Source: a virus (Duplodnaviria > Caudoviricetes). Taken from it: 64,000 nucleotides of DNA. Shown here piece after piece: positions 27,368-36,337 of this stretch (within the stretch, counting starts at the first letter, position 1; each line of letters starts with the position of its first letter). The stretch covers positions 55,000 to 118,999 of IMG/VR virus record IMGVR_UViG_2867988698_000004. One strand, given 5' to 3'. The notes beneath the pieces were generated by a model. The model was not told the origin of the DNA. It did no database searches and saw only the letters and a program-made list of their open reading frames with translations. Position numbers and translations under genes: made by a program.

Positions 27368-29020
27368 ATGGCCACCGATATCGGCGTTGAGCGCTGCGGG
27401 GAGCCCCGTACCGATGATCCGTCGCAGGCGTGCGGGGCCGTCTGCCTGCCCGGCGGCGACCGGTGCCTGGCCCATGCCGGCGAGCAGGCCCGAGAGGAGT
27501 TCCTGGCCGGCTTGGCCCCCGGTGCGGCCATCGACATGCGTGGGGTGCCCTTCACCGCGGACCTGCTGAACCGGCTCCTTGAAGCCGTCCGTGACCCCCA
27601 GGCCGACGCCCGCCCCTGCTTTGGCCGGGCCCGTTTCGACGGGGCGTCGTTCTCCGGGGACGCCCGCTTCTCTTCGACGTCGTTCTCCGGGGACGCTGAA
27701 TTCGGCGGAGCGTCGTTCTTCGGGGATGTCGGCTTCCTCAGGGCGTCGTTCTCCGGAGCCGCTGGCTTCGGCGGAGCGTCGTTCTCCGGGGACGTTCACT
27801 TCGGCGGGACGTCGTTCTCCGGGGACGTCCGCTTCCATTGGGCGTCGTTCTCCGGGGACGCCCGCTTCTCTTCGACGTCGTTCTCTGGAGACGCCCACTT
27901 CATGGGGGCGTCGTTCTCCGGGGACGCCTACTTCGGCGGGGTGTCGTTCTCCGGGAACGCCGACTTTGTCGGGGCGAGGTTTGCCGGTGATGCACGGTGG
28001 CTCTCCTGCCGGATCGGGGTCCTGTCCTTGGATGGCGTGGTGGCCGAGGGGGAGGTATGGGTGGAGGCGGCGGCCGGCCAGGTGTCGGCCCGGCGGCTGC
28101 GGTCGACAGGCCGGGTCGCGTTGCGGCTGAGGTCGGCGCGGGTGAACCTGACCGAGCTGGTGTGCAGCGGGCCGGTGAGCGTGCACGCCCTGGCCCAGCC
28201 GATCCCCAACGTGCCGGACCTGGACGGCCCCACCAGGGTGATGGCGATCTCGTTGCGCGGGGTGGACGCCGAGTCGCTGACGTTGACGGATGTGGAGCTG
28301 AGCGAGTGCCTGTTCGCAGGTCTGCACCGGGCCGATCAGATCCAGCTGGACGGCCACTGCCGCTTCGCGCCCGGCCCGAGGGGACGGCGGCGGGTGCTGG
28401 CCGAGGAGCACCACTGGCGGGCCGAACGCCGCACCGCCCGCCGCGGTGATCCCGGCCCCTGGCGGCCCGCTCCCGACGGGGTGGAGGTGATCGGGCCGCG
28501 GCGGATCGAGGTGATCTACCGGCAGCTCCGCAAAGCCCTCGAGGAGGGCAAAAACGAGCCGGGCGCGGCCCACTTCTACTACGGCGAGATGCAGATGCGC
28601 CGCGCCTCGGCCCGCGGCGCCGATCGGGCGCTGCTGTGGCTGTACTGGGCGATCTCCGGGTACGGGCTGCGCGCCCGCCGCGCCCTGGCCTGGGTGGCGG
28701 TCGTGGCGGTGCTGAGCATCGCCGGGATGGCCGCCTTCGGGTTCCCGCAGACCGCCAAGACCCAGCAGGCCACCGGCACCGTCACCACCCCTACCGGGCC
28801 GCAGAACATCCGCCTGACCATCCAGCAGTCCAAACCAGTCAAGCCCCTGCCCGAGCGGTTGGAGAAGGCGGTCGAGGTCACCGTCAACGCCGTCATCTTC
28901 CGCAGCCCCGACGCCGAGCTGACCACCGCCGGCCGCTACCTCAACATCACCGTGCGGATCCTGGGGCCGATCCTGCTGGGTCTGGCGATCCTGGCGATCC
29001 GCAATCAGGTCAAACGCTGA
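27368..29020 (+). CDS. Pentapeptide-repeat membrane protein
   Basis: About 12 FxGASFSGDA units; C-terminal SGYGLRARRA plus TM segments. Confidence 0.85.
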   Translation: MATDIGVERCGEPRTDDPSQACGAVCLPGGDRCLAHAGEQAREEFLAGLAPGAAIDMRGVPFTADLLNRLLEAVRDPQADARPCFGRARFDGASFSGDARFSSTSFSGDAEFGGASFFGDVGFLRASFSGAAGFGGASFSGDVHFGGTSFSGDVRFHWASFSGDARFSSTSFSGDAHFMGASFSGDAYFGGVSFSGNADFVGARFAGDARWLSCRIGVLSLDGVVAEGEVWVEAAAGQVSARRLRSTGRVALRLRSARVNLTELVCSGPVSVHALAQPIPNVPDLDGPTRVMAISLRGVDAESLTLTDVELSECLFAGLHRADQIQLDGHCRFAPGPRGRRRVLAEEHHWRAERRTARRGDPGPWRPAPDGVEVIGPRRIEVIYRQLRKALEEGKNEPGAAHFYYGEMQMRRASARGADRALLWLYWAISGYGLRARRALAWVAVVAVLSIAGMAAFGFPQTAKTQQATGTVTTPTGPQNIRLTIQQSKPVKPLPERLEKAVEVTVNAVIFRSPDAELTTAGRYLNITVRILGPILLGLAILAIRNQVKR

Positions 29021-29315
29021 CCGGCGGTCCCGGAGGGTGTGCACAAGGGAATAGGACGCGCCCCCAGGGGGTCGGGGGGCGCGTCCTGCCGGGGGCGGGG
29101 GTCAGCTTCTCGATGTACTTGCCGGTCAGCTCGCGGTGCTGGTCGTTGAGCTTGGTCATGACGTCGATCACGGCCAGGATCGCCTCGGCGGTGCCGTTGT
29201 TGTCGCGGAGCTTGTTGGCCAGGTCGCGGGCGGCCAGGTAGTCGCGGCGCAGGGCGGCGGCGCGGTAGCCGTTGCCGGTGGTGGCGGTGCTAATGGCGGT
29301 GGTGGCGGTGGTCAT
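29010..29315 (-). CDS. Hypothetical protein
   Basis: AGGAGG RBS and own promoter. Confidence 0.55.
   Translation of the reverse strand: MTTATTAISTATTGNGYRAAALRRDYLAARDLANKLRDNNGTAEAILAVIDVMTKLNDQHRELTGKYIEKLTPAPGRTRPPTPWGRVLFPCAHPPGPPVSV
29053..29087. terminator. Hairpin terminator near convergent gene ends
   Basis: 13-bp stem AGGACGCGCCCCC/GGGGGCGCGTCCT. Confidence 0.55.
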
Positions 29316-29352
29316 CGGGGTGTCCCTCCTGGTCGTTACTCCGTCCTTATGG

Positions 29353-29398
29353 CATACATGTTAGGCCAAACATGTCTGGCACATCAAGGGGGTTGGCA
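29353..29398 (-). promoter_or_regulatory. Sigma70-type promoter, copy A
   Basis: TTGATG-18 nt-TAACAT; near-duplicate at 30273-30317. Confidence 0.65.
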
Positions 29399-29411
29399 GA
29401 GTCCGGCGGGA

Positions 29412-29771
29412 TCACTCCCACCAGATCCAGCGCCGGCAGCCGGGCGGGACGTCGCGGAAACGGCGGCCGTAGCCGACCACGCACAGCAGCTCCGCCAGCG
29501 CCCGGTGGACGTCCGGGTCCGGATGGCCGTCCGGCCAGCGCGCGAGCCGGGCGGCGAAGTCCTCCAGCGGGCTCTCCCCACCCCAGGCGACCTCCTCGAA
29601 CCAGCCGGTGAGGTTCAGGGCCTCCCCGACCCGGTTGGCCAGCTCGGGCGGGACGGACACACAGGGGGCGGTGTCGACATGGTGGGGCATGTTGCCGTCG
29701 TACACCCCGAAGTACCACTCGACCGTTGTCGGCCGGGTGGGGATGGGCGGGTCGCCGGGACGCCACAACAT
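29412..29771 (-). CDS. Hypothetical protein
   Basis: GGAGAGG RBS, MLWRPGDPP start. Confidence 0.55.
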   Translation of the reverse strand: MLWRPGDPPIPTRPTTVEWYFGVYDGNMPHHVDTAPCVSVPPELANRVGEALNLTGWFEEVAWGGESPLEDFAARLARWPDGHPDPDVHRALAELLCVVGYGRRFRDVPPGCRRWIWWE

Positions 29772-29853
29772 GACGGCCTCTCCTTCCGTTCGCATCGCCC
29801 ACGGGAGCGGGGACGCGCCCGGCGGCGGGCCGGGGGCGTCCCCTCGGGGCGGC

Positions 29854-30234
29854 TCAGTAGCACTCACCCGCGTGCACGGTGAAGCAGCTCCCGCACGTCT
29901 TCGCGCGGATCGCGCGAGCCTGAGCGGCGTTCTCACGCTCCTGCCGAGCGGCCTTGACCTTCGCGTTGATCGCGCGGATGTGCTCATTGGCCCGGCGGCG
30001 CAGCTCCTCGCCCTTTCGCCAGTACTCGTCCAGCCGCGGTCCGGCGGCGGCGAGCGCACCGGAGACCTTGACCAGCGCGGCGGCGGCCTCGGCGGCGTCG
30101 GCGGCCAGGGCGGCGTCGGCGTGGTCGCGGGCGCCCTCCAGGGCGTTCATCCCGTACTCCCGGCGCAGCGCGGCCATCTGGGCCTTGATCTCGGCGAGGG
30201 CCTTGCGGTGCTGGTCGATGGTCATCTCGGTCAC
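29854..30234 (-). CDS. Coiled-coil protein with C-terminal CxxC-x2-H-x3-C
   Basis: GGAAGG RBS; ends TCGSCFTVHAGECY. Confidence 0.65.
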   Translation of the reverse strand: MTEMTIDQHRKALAEIKAQMAALRREYGMNALEGARDHADAALAADAAEAAAALVKVSGALAAAGPRLDEYWRKGEELRRRANEHIRAINAKVKAARQERENAAQARAIRAKTCGSCFTVHAGECY

Positions 30235-30272
30235 CAGGGGTTTCCTTCCGGGTCGCCGTTCCGCCCTCATGC

Positions 30273-30317
30273 CATACATGTTAGGCCCAACACGTTTTGC
30301 ATATCAAGGTGGTGGCA
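30273..30317 (-). promoter_or_regulatory. Sigma70-type promoter, copy B
   Basis: TTGATA-18 nt-TAACAT. Confidence 0.65.
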
Positions 30318-30340
30318 TACCAGCGGGAACAGCGACCGCC

Positions 30341-31966
30341 CTACCGGCCGAGCGAGCGGGAGTACCGGGACGCCGCGCTCGACCCCGCCCCCGCCCCAGA
30401 GGTCTGGCGGGCCGGAGAGTGAACACGCCGGGTGACCGCCAGCAGCTCCGCGGCCAGCCCCATCACCACCGCGTCCCCCCGGTCCGGGGACCGGCCGAGC
30501 CGCGCCTGCACGTCCTCCTTCGGCTCGATCTTGATCTTCGGGGGGATGCCGGTGGTGATGCTCCAGGTCGGTGTCGTCAGATCCGCCAGCAGCAGGTCAT
30601 CCGGCGGCAGCATGACCTCCGAGTCGAACGCCGGGTCCAGCAGCTCCCGCAGCCGCCAGTACCCGGCGGACCGCAGGTTGACGAACCCGTACTCCCGGTC
30701 GCGGGTGCGGGCCTGGGTCTTGGCGGAGCCGGTGTAGGCGACGACCGGAACCCCCAGCTCCCGCAGCCGGTCCACCACACCGCCGCCGACCCCGACCGAG
30801 TCCACCACCGGCACCGCCTCCTCGTCCTCCCCCAGGGCGGCCTGGACGCGGGCGGTGGTCTGCATCGTGTCCTCCCGGTCCTGGATGTCCAGCCGGGTGA
30901 TCGCCACGCCGACGCGGTGCGCCAGGACGGTGGAGTCCCCGCCCGCACGCGCCACGTCCACGCCCAGGACCCGCTTGCCGGTCAGCCGAGGGCGGCCGGC
31001 CTGATCCCAGACGTGCCAGCGCTCCACCGCCGCCTCAACCCACGCCAGCGGGATCACCGAGTCCTCATCCGAGGCGTGGAACTCCCCCAGCACACGGTTC
31101 GCGTACAGGGCGGAGTCCGCGCCCCACTGCCGGCGGCGCTGCTCCGCCCAGGTCCGGGAGATGCGCCCGGCCTCGATCGCCTCGGCGAGGGTGACGTGCC
31201 GGACCCACCAGTCCTCCAGCCCTGGGGCACGCCGGTGGATGTCGTAGAACCGGCCCGCGGGCGGCCCCGGGGTTGAGATCGCCAGCGCCAGCGCCTCCGG
31301 ATAGCCGGTCTCCCGGCCGCCGGAGAACGCGCCCTCGATCGCGTCCCAGGTGCCGTTCGGGACGATCTTCGCCTCATCGATCAGGTAGAACAGGCTGTCG
31401 GCGTGGGCGCCCTCGATCAGCTCCGGCTTGTTCGACGCCACCGCGGAGGCGGCGCCGTGGGACAGCTTGAGGTTGTAGGCCAGCAGCTCCCGGATATCGC
31501 TGAACGGCGGCCGCCCCAGCACCTCCCACTTGATGCGGCGTGCCCACTTGTGGATCTCCGGCCACAGGTACACCGACAGATGCCGCCAGGCGGAGGCGGT
31601 CGTCAGGACCTTCCAGTCCAGCCCGGCCGCCTCCCTGGTGGTCGCGAACCACAGGACCGCGATCGCCGCCACACCCGTCTTGCCGAGACCATGGGGTCCG
31701 CGGACCGCCACCCGCCGTTTGACGGGCAGCGCCCCGATGACCTCTTCCTGGTAGGAGGCCAGCGCCTGCCCGTCCGGCCAGTCGATGACGTCCCGCGCCC
31801 ACCCGACCGGGTCCCGCAGATAGCGGACGGCCCGGTGGGCGTTGCGGCGGGCCTGCTCCTGCCGCAGCCGCTCCCGCAGCTCCCGGAGCGTCTTCACGTC
31901 CCCGGCGCGGACCAGCTCCTGCACCTGGGCGCGGATGCGCTCCGGGTCAGGACTCCGGCTCGACAT
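30341..31966 (-). CDS. Terminase large subunit
   Basis: GPHGLGKT Walker A, YLIDEA Walker B, ISTP, LGVDVARAGGD, RSPDRGDA. Confidence 0.9.
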   Translation of the reverse strand: MSSRSPDPERIRAQVQELVRAGDVKTLRELRERLRQEQARRNAHRAVRYLRDPVGWARDVIDWPDGQALASYQEEVIGALPVKRRVAVRGPHGLGKTGVAAIAVLWFATTREAAGLDWKVLTTASAWRHLSVYLWPEIHKWARRIKWEVLGRPPFSDIRELLAYNLKLSHGAASAVASNKPELIEGAHADSLFYLIDEAKIVPNGTWDAIEGAFSGGRETGYPEALALAISTPGPPAGRFYDIHRRAPGLEDWWVRHVTLAEAIEAGRISRTWAEQRRRQWGADSALYANRVLGEFHASDEDSVIPLAWVEAAVERWHVWDQAGRPRLTGKRVLGVDVARAGGDSTVLAHRVGVAITRLDIQDREDTMQTTARVQAALGEDEEAVPVVDSVGVGGGVVDRLRELGVPVVAYTGSAKTQARTRDREYGFVNLRSAGYWRLRELLDPAFDSEVMLPPDDLLLADLTTPTWSITTGIPPKIKIEPKEDVQARLGRSPDRGDAVVMGLAAELLAVTRRVHSPARQTSGAGAGSSAASRYSRSLGR

Positions 31967-32405
31967 CGCCGCCGTCACCGTCACCGGCGTCGCCGTCGTT
32001 GTGGGGGCGGGACACGCCCAGCAGCTCCAGGATCTCGTCCCCGAGCTGCTGGGCCTCCACGCTCACCCTCGTCGGCGCCTCCAGCCCCTCCAGGCGGGCG
32101 CGCTGCGCCATCACCCGCAGGATCACCTCCGCCGACCGGTGGTCGCCCTTGAGCGCCGGCGCCCAGTAGGCGGCCTGCAGACGGTCCAGCCGCTGGCCCT
32201 CGATGTCGCGGAGCAGCTCGACCTCCTGGGCCTCGGCGCGCCGGTTGGCCTTGAGGGCGCGGGTGACGTCGGTGCAGGCGGCGCCGCGGGAGGCGTAGCC
32301 GAGCTGGTCGGCGATGCTCTGCCAGTCGACGCCGGCGATGCGCATCGCGATCGCCTTGCGGCGTCGCTCGGCGGTGGCCGCCTGCTGGGCTTTGGAGGCG
32401 CTCAT
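31947..32405 (-). CDS. Terminase small subunit (HTH)
   Basis: AIAMRIAGVDWQSIADQLGY, RLDRLQ, RARLEGLEAP; overlaps large subunit. Confidence 0.7.
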   Translation of the reverse strand: MSASKAQQAATAERRRKAIAMRIAGVDWQSIADQLGYASRGAACTDVTRALKANRRAEAQEVELLRDIEGQRLDRLQAAYWAPALKGDHRSAEVILRVMAQRARLEGLEAPTRVSVEAQQLGDEILELLGVSRPHNDGDAGDGDGGDVEPES

Positions 32406-32477
32406 GTTTGCACGTCCCTATTGGTTCGCACGTGTCCGATTCATGCCGGTGTGGACATGACCTAGTGTGCGGGCCGT

Positions 32478-33899
32478 TCAGGCTGCGGTGATCTTGGTTT
32501 CTGTGAAGGCCAGCAGCCCCTCGGGGCCGAGTTCGCGGCCGATGCCGGAGCGTTTGAATCCGCCGATGGGGGCGTGGATGCCGGTCGGGGCGCCGTTGAT
32601 ACGGACGGTTCCTGTGCGCAGGCGTGCGGCGATCTGGCGGGCCCGGTCGGGATCGCCCCAGACAGAGCCGTCGAGACCGTAGGCGGTGCCGTTGGCGTAT
32701 TCGATCGCCTGTTCGATCGTGGTGTAGGGGGTGAGGGCCAGGACGGGGGCGAACACCTCCGTCTGGAAGAGGCGGGATGCGGGGTGGACGTCGGTGAAGA
32801 GGGTCGGGGCCACGTACCAGCCGGGACGGAAGAGGGGCAGGCCGCCGACCTCCAGGCGGGCGCCGTCCTCGTGGGCGGCGTGGATGTGGCGGAGGGCCTG
32901 GTCGCGCTGGTGGCGGGTGACGAGCGGGCCGATGACCGTGGCGGGGTCGGTGGGGTCACCGACCGGCAGCGAGGCGAGCAGGTCGGTCAGCTGCCGGGTG
33001 GCCTGGGCGTAGTCGCTGGTGTGGACGAGGATGCGGGTCTGGTTCGAACAGATCTGCCCGCTGTTGGCGAGGCTGGCGTCCGGGACGGTGGCGACCGCGG
33101 CGGTGACATCGGCGCCGGGCAGCAGCAGCATCGCCGATTTGCCGCCGAGTTCCAGGGAGATGCGGCGGATCGAGGTCGCGGCGATGCGGGCCAGGTGCGC
33201 GCCGACCCGGGTGGAGCCGGTGAAGGCGATCTTGTCGACGTCCGGGTGGGCGGCGAGGTGTTCGGCGACCGTGTTGTCCGCGGGCACCACGGACAGGACC
33301 CCGGGCGGCAGGTTCAGGTGTTCGAACGCCTCCGCCAGGGCGAGCGCGTCCAGGGTGGTCTGCGGGGCGGGTTTGACGATGACGGTGCAGCCGGCGACGA
33401 GCGCCGGGATGACCTTCATCAGGATCGTCTTGTGCGGCATGTTCCACGGGGTGATCACCGCCAGGACGCCGGCGGGCTCGTGGGTGAGGGTGAAGCCGTC
33501 GCGGGGCTCGGGGTTCAGCGGCGTCAGGTTCCCCGGATCGCTGTAGTAGTCGATGATCTGGCGGGGATGCTCGGTCTGCGCGGTGAACGCGGCCGGGGAG
33601 CCCATCTCCGCGGTGATCAGCCGCGCGTAGTCCGGTGCCAGCTCGGCGTAGAGCCGGGCGAGGGGGGCGAGGGCGGCGGCCCGCTCGGCGGGGGTCATCC
33701 GCGGCCAGGGGCCGGTGTCGAACGCGGTCCGGGCGGCGTGGACGGCGCGGTCGATGTCGCGGGAGGTGGCGGCCGGGCAGGACCCGACCGGTTCCTCGGT
33801 GGCGGGGTTGATGACCGTGATGCGGCCCCCGCCGGTCGCGGGGGTCCAGGTCCCGCCGATGTAGAGGTGGTCGTAGGTGAGCGTGGGGGTGCTGGACAT
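32478..33899 (-). CDS. Aldehyde dehydrogenase
   Basis: ITPWN, FTGST, LELGGKS, NSGQIC, EVFAPV, GGFKRSGIGRE. Confidence 0.92.
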   Translation of the reverse strand: MSSTPTLTYDHLYIGGTWTPATGGGRITVINPATEEPVGSCPAATSRDIDRAVHAARTAFDTGPWPRMTPAERAAALAPLARLYAELAPDYARLITAEMGSPAAFTAQTEHPRQIIDYYSDPGNLTPLNPEPRDGFTLTHEPAGVLAVITPWNMPHKTILMKVIPALVAGCTVIVKPAPQTTLDALALAEAFEHLNLPPGVLSVVPADNTVAEHLAAHPDVDKIAFTGSTRVGAHLARIAATSIRRISLELGGKSAMLLLPGADVTAAVATVPDASLANSGQICSNQTRILVHTSDYAQATRQLTDLLASLPVGDPTDPATVIGPLVTRHQRDQALRHIHAAHEDGARLEVGGLPLFRPGWYVAPTLFTDVHPASRLFQTEVFAPVLALTPYTTIEQAIEYANGTAYGLDGSVWGDPDRARQIAARLRTGTVRINGAPTGIHAPIGGFKRSGIGRELGPEGLLAFTETKITAA

Positions 33900-34402
33900 C
33901 AGGCGACCGTCCAGCCCTGGTTGAAGGTGTCGGGGGCGTGCCGCTTGATCATGTTGCCGCGGTCGGCCAGCCGCTCGACCTCCTCGTCGTCCATCTCCAG
34001 CCGACGGCCGATCTCCTCCGGCGACAGGCCCTCGGCGAGGAGGTCCGCGACGATCTCGGCCATGCCGAGGACGTGGTGGGTGCCGCGAGCGCGGTTGTGG
34101 CGGATGGTGGCCATGCGGGCGGTCGCCGGATCGGTCGGCGGCAGGACGACGACGGGAACCTTTCCATCGGTGAGGGCGTAGACCTGGCGGTCCTCGCTGA
34201 CGGTCCAGCGGTGGTAGCCGTCCACGATCTCCAGCTCCCCGTCGATCTCCCGGGCGACGATCGGCTGAGTCCAGCCGTTTTCGAGAATGCTCGTCTTTAG
34301 CAGGCGGTGCTCAGGCGGCGCCTGCCGGTTGGGATTCCAGAGATTTTTGGACAGTAGCGTCCTGTCGATCCACTGGACGTTCCACAGGGGCTGGTTTTCC
34401 AC
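33899..34402 (-). CDS. IbrB-like ParB/Srx-domain protein (start uncertain)
   Basis: NPNRQAPPE..LL.TSI..NGWTQPIV, IVDGYHR, ATIRHNRARG. Confidence 0.85.
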   Translation of the reverse strand: MENQPLWNVQWIDRTLLSKNLWNPNRQAPPEHRLLKTSILENGWTQPIVAREIDGELEIVDGYHRWTVSEDRQVYALTDGKVPVVVLPPTDPATARMATIRHNRARGTHHVLGMAEIVADLLAEGLSPEEIGRRLEMDDEEVERLADRGNMIKRHAPDTFNQGWTVA

Positions 34403-34871
34403 GCCGGGTGAGGCGCGAAAGCTGGTCTGCGAGTTCGAGTTCTCGGTCACTGTAGGGAACCCACCATCCTGGTTTGCCGCCCTTCCGGAGGCGGCCCTGG
34501 TCGTCAAGACCCATCCGCCCGACGCGAATCTCACAGAACTCCTTGATGAGAGTCCAGTGTTCCCGCTTGGTGACCGCGTACGGGAGGAGGAGGGTAGCCA
34601 TCCGCAGCACGTAGCCGGTACGCGAGATGTTGTAGCCCCACATGTCCTTGTGGTGGGCCTTGCGCTCGCGCCAGGTGTACGCGGTGGCCGTGAGCCCCAT
34701 CTCCCGAAGGATCTCCACGGTCTTCACGACGGTCGGTTCATGGGTCATCTGGATTTGCACCTGGGGCGCGATGACCTGGTTGACGTTTCCCGGCCTCCTA
34801 TACCGGCTCACGCCAACCGACCCTTCACCGTCCCAGATACCCGCAAGCCAAGCCAATTCAGTCTCTTTCAT
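34311..34871 (-). mobile_element. Free-standing LAGLIDADG homing endonuclease gene
   Basis: ELAWLAGIWDGEGS motif, LLPYAVTKR; lower-GC codons; overlaps the ParB gene. Confidence 0.8.
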
Positions 34872-34930
34872 GAGCGAAAGGCTAACTCATCACACAGGGA
34901 CCTATTTAGGCTTGGGCTGTGCGCTTAATC

Positions 34931-36337
34931 TCACTCGCGCATATCTGACTCCTTGATCTCGCTGGGGATGAGGGCGTACGGGTCGGCAGGAAGCGGCCGC
35001 GGGTGGCCCAGCTCTTGGCCGGTGCCGGCGGTGAGGATCTGCTCCAGCTCGGCGGCGTAGTTCCGCCAGAGCGTCGCCTTGTCGGCGTGCATGAGCTGGT
35101 TGGACTCCTGGCGGCGTTCCTTGAAGTCACCGCGCATCGCCAGCGTGAGCAGGAACCGCCAGCTCAGCCCCGTGACCGGATGCGGGGCCGTGGGCAGAAT
35201 CGGGTGGGTGGTCTTGCGGTAGTGGCGGGCGATGACGTCGCGGATCCGCTCGGCGATCTTGGCCTGGGCCTTGCCGCCGTGCTTGGACAGGTAGTGGGTG
35301 ATGAAGTCCGGCCAGGTCACCCCCTCCGGCTTGGGGGGTTTCTTGCCGTAGCCGTACAGCTCGGTGCGGGCGTACCGGTACGCCGCGCCGATGCCGGGGA
35401 CGCGCTCGGCCATCCGCGCCCACACGTCGGGGAAGCACTGGGCGTAGACGTGGATCTTCTGCAGGGGCTCCTCACCGAACGCCGGAGAGCACCGCTGCGA
35501 GGAGGGGCCGATGCCGGCCATTTCCATGAGGTCGTAGGCGCGGTTGTAGTCCCAGCCGTGCACGCGGACGGCGGCCCAGACGTCCTCGGTCCGCCAGTCG
35601 TAGATCGGGTACGCCTTCCAGAGGTTCCCGCCGTTGAACGCCGCCGCCTGCTTGCCCTGGCTGGCCAGGTCGTACTTGACGATGTAGTTGTCGACGCTGC
35701 GGACCCGGACGGCGTGGGCGCGGATCAGGGACTCCTGCGCCCGGATGCCCATCAACATGGCCGTGGTGTGCGGGGGCGGGGCGAGCAGCCCGTTGGTGTT
35801 CGGGATGGTCAGCCGCTCCTCGGGCGGCCAGAGCGGAAACCCCGGGAGCGTGGTCAGGGCCTCCGGCGGCATCGGGCGGCACCACTTCGCCTCATCCTCC
35901 GGCGCCCACGGCCACCAGTACGGATACCGGCGCGAGCAGGCGTTGCGGTGCTGGACGGGCAGGCAGTACCACTCCAGGGCGACGTCATCGCGTTGGGAGA
36001 CGCGGCGGACGTACTCCTCCGTCTCCTGCGGGATCGCCTCCTCATCGAAGAACACGACCCGCAGCGGCAGATGCCGGCGTAGGTGCGGCTCCCGGTTGGC
36101 GACCTCCAGGGCGATGTTCAGCACGGCGGTGGAGTCCTTGCCGCCGGAGAACGCGACAGCGACGCGGTCATGGGTGTCCATGACGTAGGCCATGCGTTCG
36201 CAGGCCAGCGTGTAGACGTCGGCTCCGGCGGCGATGCGCGGCCGGTTCTGCTTGGCGATGTAGCCGCGGACATGCTCGCCGTCGAGAGGCGTGCCCTCCG
36301 GCAGCCAGCCCTCGCGGGACGTGGTGGTGTCGGTCAT
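34931..36337 (-). CDS. IbrA-like PAPS reductase/DUF3440 protein, paralog 1
   Basis: FSGGKDS PP-loop, WYCLP..RNA, GIRAQES..R, YPIYDWRTEDVW. Confidence 0.88.
   Translation of the reverse strand: MTDTTTSREGWLPEGTPLDGEHVRGYIAKQNRPRIAAGADVYTLACERMAYVMDTHDRVAVAFSGGKDSTAVLNIALEVANREPHLRRHLPLRVVFFDEEAIPQETEEYVRRVSQRDDVALEWYCLPVQHRNACSRRYPYWWPWAPEDEAKWCRPMPPEALTTLPGFPLWPPEERLTIPNTNGLLAPPPHTTAMLMGIRAQESLIRAHAVRVRSVDNYIVKYDLASQGKQAAAFNGGNLWKAYPIYDWRTEDVWAAVRVHGWDYNRAYDLMEMAGIGPSSQRCSPAFGEEPLQKIHVYAQCFPDVWARMAERVPGIGAAYRYARTELYGYGKKPPKPEGVTWPDFITHYLSKHGGKAQAKIAERIRDVIARHYRKTTHPILPTAPHPVTGLSWRFLLTLAMRGDFKERRQESNQLMHADKATLWRNYAAELEQILTAGTGQELGHPRPLPADPYALIPSEIKESDMRE

Noticed and set aside
27630-27990. 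30-nt periodic repeats resembling a CRISPR array
   Set aside because: In-frame coding pentapeptide repeats; no unique spacers and no cas genes.
34311-34930. Intein or group I intron around the LAGLIDADG gene
   Set aside because: Not in frame with a host protein, no intein terminal motifs, only about 60 nt non-coding flank and no recognisable P7 core.
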